Assembly: GCA_026397175.1 (NCBI GenBank)
Contig: JAPLVK010000021.1
Location: forward strand, 1 to 53,259
Length of the DNA stretch: 53,259 bases
DNA from: Candidatus Berkelbacteria bacterium
GTDB taxonomy: Bacteria > Patescibacteriota > UBA1384 > DTJR01
Reading direction: 5' to 3'
Of this stretch, positions 48,282 through 53,259 are shown one piece after another. Every line of letters begins with the position of its first letter. Position 1 is the first letter of the stretch. The notes under the pieces are model-generated. The model had not been told where the DNA came from. It did not search any database and saw only the letters and a list, made by a program, of their open reading frames with translations. The position numbers and the translations under genes are program-made.

Positions 48282-48827
48282 CTATAAGTTAAATCTTTCT
48301 TTTAACTTTGTATCGTCATCTGTTATGTCGCTTTTGGCATTAAAAAAAGAAACATATTTTTCAATGCCAAGCTCTCTCCTTAGCTGATCCAGGGCCTTAA
48401 AATCAGCATAGGGCGAAATAAAAACACTATTTTGAATTCCGACAAAGCCCTTTCGCTTTAGAATCGACCTGAAAATATCCCTTTGCTTTCTTTTTGATTC
48501 CGGAATATCATAACTGATAATTTTCCAATTTCCATCCCATCCGTTACTCGACCAATCGTTCTGTTCAATCTTAATTCTATTAATTTTATTTATAGCTTTT
48601 GGTGTAATTAGAAACTGGTCGTCATTAATTTGGCGAATGTAACCATGCCGACGCAAGCCATAAAAAGCTGATTGATATTGTTCGCTTTTCAGATGCATAT
48701 TTTTTCCGAGTCGACTGGCTGATCCGGCGCTAAATAAAAAGGCCTCCGTATAATCCGCTGTGGTTTCGAGTATCTCGCCAGTAATTTCTAAAAGCAATCT
48801 AGTAGCATTTGATATTTTCTTTTTCAT
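48282..48827 (-). CDS. PaaX-like protein (wHTH plus Cas2/VapD-like domain), paralogue 2
   Basis: LRRHGYI...ITPKA; WDGNWKIISYDIPE...RDIFR..LKRKGF..IQNSVFISPY. Confidence 0.85.
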   Translation of the reverse strand: MKKKISNATRLLLEITGEILETTADYTEAFLFSAGSASRLGKNMHLKSEQYQSAFYGLRRHGYIRQINDDQFLITPKAINKINRIKIEQNDWSSNGWDGNWKIISYDIPESKRKQRDIFRSILKRKGFVGIQNSVFISPYADFKALDQLRRELGIEKYVSFFNAKSDITDDDTKLKERFNL

Positions 48828-48835
48828 ATTTATAT

Positions 48836-48867
48836 TGTACAAAAATCTCGATCGAGAAAATAGTACA
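48836..48867. repeat. CGATCG-centred site, family B (upstream of PaaX-like 2)
   Basis: TGTACAAAAATCTCGATCGAGAAAATAGTACA, a direct repeat 31/32 identical to 48248-48279. Confidence 0.92.
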
Positions 48868-48994
48868 TTCTTTAAAGAGTGGAAAATGCTGATTTACTAA
48901 GGATTACTATCGTTTTGCTCTTGCGTGACGGCTTTGAGGCGATTGAAATTTATACATTTAAAGCATATTATTTATATATACCAAGGAGGATTCA

Positions 48995-51900
48995 ATCACT
49001 TTTTCTCGTCTTAAAAATTATCTAAGCAGATTCAGCAAACGATCTCTTTTTAATTTTGCCGCATTATTTGTTTTAGTCCTTGTCTCCGGAGCTGTTGTTC
49101 TCGCTCAAACGGGGCATTTCAAAATTTTAGCTGATGTTATAGTTCCGAAAGCGGCTTTAGACAACGGAAGTTTACAAGTTTATGTCAAAGATAAAGATAC
49201 TCTTCAACCAGCGTCGGGATTCCTTTCTGTTGAGCTATGGCAAGACAATACTTATATTACGAGATTTGCGGCTATTGGTACAGAAACAAGCACCATTGCC
49301 TATTTCGGAGGCCTTTCAATCGGAAAAACTTACTATGTAAAATTGGAATCACCACCGCAAACCCCGGCATGCATCGGACAAAGTGTAGCCATTACCGATG
49401 GTCTGCCGACTAAAACAGAACTTATATCACCTTGCCAAACAACCAAAGATACTGCAACGCCAGTCCCGGGTTCTACCGCTACTGCCACCCCTAACACTGG
49501 AACTTCCACGCCCGGTCCGACTGCAATTCCCCGTACAATACCGGATGATGGTTTTACCGTTGAAGGTTTGGTTATTGACTCTACGACTAGCAGCCCATTA
49601 CCCAATGTTTCAGTTAGCGTTCGTTCAAGTGGCGGGCCGACTTCTTCATTTACAACCGGAGCTGATGGCAAGTATTCAGTCCTAGTCAAAGGTAACTCGG
49701 ACCAATCGAATGCCTACTTTATAACCTTCAGCAAGCCAAACTATAAAACTGGTTATCCAAATGACCAAACCACGCTCAATTCACTTGTGAATACAACGCA
49801 ATTTTCTGCTGGGGCAAAATATACATCATTACAAATCAGTATGTCAAAAGACACATCGGGCCTTGCAGTCACCGGCTCTGTTACCGATCAAAACAATGCC
49901 TTGCTTTCTGGAGTCAATCTCAATATCACTTCTTGCCAAAGCTCGGGTGGAGGACCATGGACCGGTGAATCATCTGCTTCAGCTAATACAGACCCTGATA
50001 TCAAGGCCATAAATCCAAATGCTAACTATCTCATCCCTAAGATTCAGAAACCAACCGAGACCGAGCATCAGTGTCTTCACATCACTGCCACCAAACCCGG
50101 TTATACTATCCAAACATACAACAATCAACCTGACTCGGGCGGCTATACGATTTATCTAGTAGGTTCCTCTCAAATTTATAATGTCAACATAAAATTGAAG
50201 GACGACAATACGATAACGAATACAACTACCAAGAAAATTCCTCTTGTAGTCGATTACAGACATGGCGAGGATCGCATTCCTGGAGCAAAAATAACGATTA
50301 GTTGTACTCCGAATGGTAGTTCGACTCTGACTACAGAGCAATGTGCCTGCAAAAAATTAAACCCATCTTTACCAAAAACTATTACTACAGGCCAAACATT
50401 TGTGTTTGATGGGGATACTGCAAACGCCAGGTTTGATAATTTGTACAATATTAAGATAGATAATTCACCTTTTTTAAATTATTACATTTCAGCAACTCCA
50501 CCAAGTGGTTATTTCTTCGATCTCAACCAAAACGGCAAGGTTGATACGGGAGAAGATAAGCTTAAAGATTTTGAAATTGGCAAGGAATATGTTTTAACTG
50601 CGACTGACGAAACAGAATACTATTCCCTGTCAAACTTGAAACCTTTGCGTTTGGCAAAAATACCTAAGATTTCCGGCAATTTTACAGTTTACGGTAAAAT
50701 TGTAGATAGCAACAATAAAGAGAAATTTGTCCCAGATTGCAAAATTAAACTTATTGCATTAAATGAAAACGGCGATGGAGTAGACCAACTTAGCACAACT
50801 TCCAGCCCACAACTAACTTGGCCCACAAATGTTAGCCAAGAGTCAAAAATCGCCAATTATTATATCGAAAATATACCCCTTACCGAAGGTACTTATTATG
50901 AGCTTAAAGCTACATGTGCCGAGCGAAATCCGTCTTTTCAAAACGGAGAACCTTCAACAGGGTCATTTCAATTTTCTTGGTCCGATGTAATAAATTCAGA
51001 AAAGTTTCATATTAAAATTTTATCAGCACCGAATCTCTACGCATCGAGCAATCAACCTGTTGAAAATCTTAAAATTAAATATTTTGATAATAGTAACGGA
51101 AAAGAAATAAATTTCAAAACCGAAAAAATTACTTCCGCAAAGGTCTCTTGTACTCGCATCGATCCTTACCAATACGACGAAAACTGTATGCTATCGTATA
51201 GTATCGATCCTAACGATCCCTCTATTATTGTCTATCATATTAAAAAATTAATTTCTTGGCAAAGCCGTGTAGCGGTAAAGGTTAAAGCCGAACATTACTA
51301 CGAAACAAATGGGCTTTCGACAAAGTCAACAGAAGAATTGCAAACAGATTATTTAACCCTTTTCCAAGAAAATAAAATTATTTGCAATATTTATAATAAT
51401 GTGAAATTTTGTACCAGTAGTTTTATTGCTGATAAAACATTTTCTATCGAAAATATTGCGAATTTAAAAAGATATGCATTGGTTATTAATAATCTTTCTT
51501 CATACATAGGTCTCGACTCATCGAAGTATCCGATTATATATATCGATATCTCAGTTTTTGAATCTATATGGTCCGGCGGCTATCCTAGAGATGGAGCATT
51601 TTATAAGCCGCAACATTTCGGTTCTTTACCAGAGATGGTGCAAGAATTACATCCTTCTTCTGTGATATTTTTAGCATTAGAACGGGTTAATCGTGATATT
51701 GGTGTCTTAGTCCATGAATTTGGTCATTTGGCAGATTATGAATCCATAACAGGTTTGAAAATAGACAAAGATTTTCATAAGGCGTTTTTGGCTGCCAAAG
51801 GATTAATGGAAGATGGCAAGACGCCCATAACTGGTTCTGATGGCCGAGATGTAAGAAGCTGCAGCTCGATTTTTTATAACTATGGTTGTTTTTCTAGTTA

Positions 51901-52969
51901 TTCTCAAACTACTGATTATGAGCAATGGGCAGAATTCTTTATGTGGTGGGTATTGCATAACGACGAGGTTACAAATGCCGTAAATGACCCCACTATGAAA
52001 TTGCCAGAAAACGCGCATTGCTATAATACTTTGATGTATATGATTAATCTTCTGAATCAGAAATTTCCCAATATGAAACACTTTAGTACAAAATCGTTGG
52101 CAGATACTCCTGCCGTTTCATCGGATCAGATAGTTACTGCTGCCACAGGCGATGATACAGAATTTTTGAAGATTATGGCTGAAGCCGGATATACGCCAGC
52201 CAGCAGCCCATCGACTGAAACTGTTGCACCACTTTCTGAAATGAATTTGACCCCACAACAGATTGCCCATGGTGACTTTGTGAAAGACAATTATGACAAG
52301 TTGCCAACCAAACAAAAAGTATCAATTCAGCTAAATATCCAGGAAACGAAAGTAAAGAATCTATTTACCCAAAGCTTACCTGCAACGGAAATCAAAAAAG
52401 CCATTGCAGCTATAAATAAACAAGCGGAGGTATGGCTAGGCAAGATCGGGATTCATATTAGCTCAACTAAGATATCCGGCATTTTGCAAGATCAAAACGG
52501 ACCTGCCGCAGGATTTTTGGTCAAGCTTGGAGACAAATATTCACAAACTGACAATAAAGGAAAGTTTTCATTTAGCAAGGTTCAATCTGGATTACTAAAG
52601 TTTGAGGTTTCCGACCCAAAGATTAACAAAACCTTTAAATTAGATGCTTCTGCAAGCATTTATATTACAGACAATGATCAGATAAAAGATGCAAACATTA
52701 TCATTTTCAGAGATCTCTATATGATGAAAGGCCAAATATATTCTTCAAACAAACCATTGGTCAAGGGCAAAATAATTGTTGATGGCAACCAAACGATAAA
52801 TCTTGATGCAAGCGGCAAGTTTAATTTCAATCTTAAAGAGGGCCAGCACTCACTTGCTATCAAGGACTCAAAAGGCAAAACCCTCAAAGTTACAAACTCC
52901 GGGAAGTACGGCGATCTTAACAAGCTCCCGGTCACAAAAAATATCGATAGCTTGATTTGGGTAAAATAG
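48995..52969 (+). CDS. Large exported protein with carboxypeptidase-regulatory-like beta repeats and an HEXXH zinc metalloprotease domain
   Basis: The frame is open from 48962, with an N-terminal TM upstream of the ORF-track start. LVHEFGH and YSQT..YEQWAEFF motifs. Confidence 0.82.
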   Translation: MTFSRLKNYLSRFSKRSLFNFAALFVLVLVSGAVVLAQTGHFKILADVIVPKAALDNGSLQVYVKDKDTLQPASGFLSVELWQDNTYITRFAAIGTETSTIAYFGGLSIGKTYYVKLESPPQTPACIGQSVAITDGLPTKTELISPCQTTKDTATPVPGSTATATPNTGTSTPGPTAIPRTIPDDGFTVEGLVIDSTTSSPLPNVSVSVRSSGGPTSSFTTGADGKYSVLVKGNSDQSNAYFITFSKPNYKTGYPNDQTTLNSLVNTTQFSAGAKYTSLQISMSKDTSGLAVTGSVTDQNNALLSGVNLNITSCQSSGGGPWTGESSASANTDPDIKAINPNANYLIPKIQKPTETEHQCLHITATKPGYTIQTYNNQPDSGGYTIYLVGSSQIYNVNIKLKDDNTITNTTTKKIPLVVDYRHGEDRIPGAKITISCTPNGSSTLTTEQCACKKLNPSLPKTITTGQTFVFDGDTANARFDNLYNIKIDNSPFLNYYISATPPSGYFFDLNQNGKVDTGEDKLKDFEIGKEYVLTATDETEYYSLSNLKPLRLAKIPKISGNFTVYGKIVDSNNKEKFVPDCKIKLIALNENGDGVDQLSTTSSPQLTWPTNVSQESKIANYYIENIPLTEGTYYELKATCAERNPSFQNGEPSTGSFQFSWSDVINSEKFHIKILSAPNLYASSNQPVENLKIKYFDNSNGKEINFKTEKITSAKVSCTRIDPYQYDENCMLSYSIDPNDPSIIVYHIKKLISWQSRVAVKVKAEHYYETNGLSTKSTEELQTDYLTLFQENKIICNIYNNVKFCTSSFIADKTFSIENIANLKRYALVINNLSSYIGLDSSKYPIIYIDISVFESIWSGGYPRDGAFYKPQHFGSLPEMVQELHPSSVIFLALERVNRDIGVLVHEFGHLADYESITGLKIDKDFHKAFLAAKGLMEDGKTPITGSDGRDVRSCSSIFYNYGCFSSYSQTTDYEQWAEFFMWWVLHNDEVTNAVNDPTMKLPENAHCYNTLMYMINLLNQKFPNMKHFSTKSLADTPAVSSDQIVTAATGDDTEFLKIMAEAGYTPASSPSTETVAPLSEMNLTPQQIAHGDFVKDNYDKLPTKQKVSIQLNIQETKVKNLFTQSLPATEIKKAIAAINKQAEVWLGKIGIHISSTKISGILQDQNGPAAGFLVKLGDKYSQTDNKGKFSFSKVQSGLLKFEVSDPKINKTFKLDASASIYITDNDQIKDANIIIFRDLYMMKGQIYSSNKPLVKGKIIVDGNQTINLDASGKFNFNLKEGQHSLAIKDSKGKTLKVTNSGKYGDLNKLPVTKNIDSLIWVK

Positions 52970-52972
52970 ACA

Positions 52973-53259
52973 CTAACGATGAGATCTTTTTTTCTTTCGC
53001 TCGACGGCTTTAAGTCGGGCAACATTTCGTTCTAAAATTCCGGAGGCGTCGGCTAAAGATATTTCGCCGACTTTTTCTTCCATAATATTTTTTGCTTGTT
53101 TTTGCGCTTCGATCGCTCTTTGCTCGTCTATTGATTCGGCAAATTCAGCGGTTTGGGTGAAGCCCTTTGCCTTTTGATCGGTGATTTTAATAAAACCGCT
53201 TCCGACCGCCAAGATCTTTTCTTCGTCTTTTGTTTTAATCCGCATTATTCCTGGCGAAA
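52973..53259 (-). CDS. atpC: ATP synthase F1 epsilon subunit, partial
   Basis: PGIMRIK...LAVGSGFIKIT...TAEFAESIDEQRAIEA...ARLK. Confidence 0.85.
   Translation of the reverse strand, partial: SPGIMRIKTKDEEKILAVGSGFIKITDQKAKGFTQTAEFAESIDEQRAIEAQKQAKNIMEEKVGEISLADASGILERNVARLKAVERKKKRSHR

Noticed and set aside
18000-53259. A second VR for the DGR
   Set aside because: I found no other match to the TR 3' end by eye here or upstream; an alignment search is needed to exclude one.

Overview
Chromosomal window, most likely from a Patescibacteria/CPR bacterium. This is inferred from the split comEC, the PaaX/Cas2-like paralogues, a short DGR reverse transcriptase and giant surface proteins. The housekeeping backbone is grpE, dnaK, a dnaJ-like gene, comEC/comEA, yebC, ruvC, ruvA, recG, a sugar/polysaccharide cluster, rdgB, tRNA-Leu and atpC, repeatedly interrupted by accessory DNA. 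Main results: (1) A complete diversity-generating retroelement (DGR) sits between yebC and ruvC. VR 16010-16126 and TR 16504-16620 differ at 13 of 117 positions, all at TR adenines. Its avd gene is inverted and shares a CATG start with the RT. (2) Two PaaX/Cas2-like genes are each bracketed by their own variant of a 32-bp triple palindrome centred on CGATCG, and solo copies occur elsewhere. (3) A GxxExxY domain is fused to RuvC and flanked by inverted heptamer arrays, with an empty copy of the array elsewhere. (4) A RAYT transposase has 19-bp inverted ends, and tiny hairpin elements are inserted into other repeats. (5) A 3.1-kaa modular surface protein, and a metalloprotease-like surface protein that appears to start at ATC. 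All product calls come from motif recognition by eye; no database search was run.
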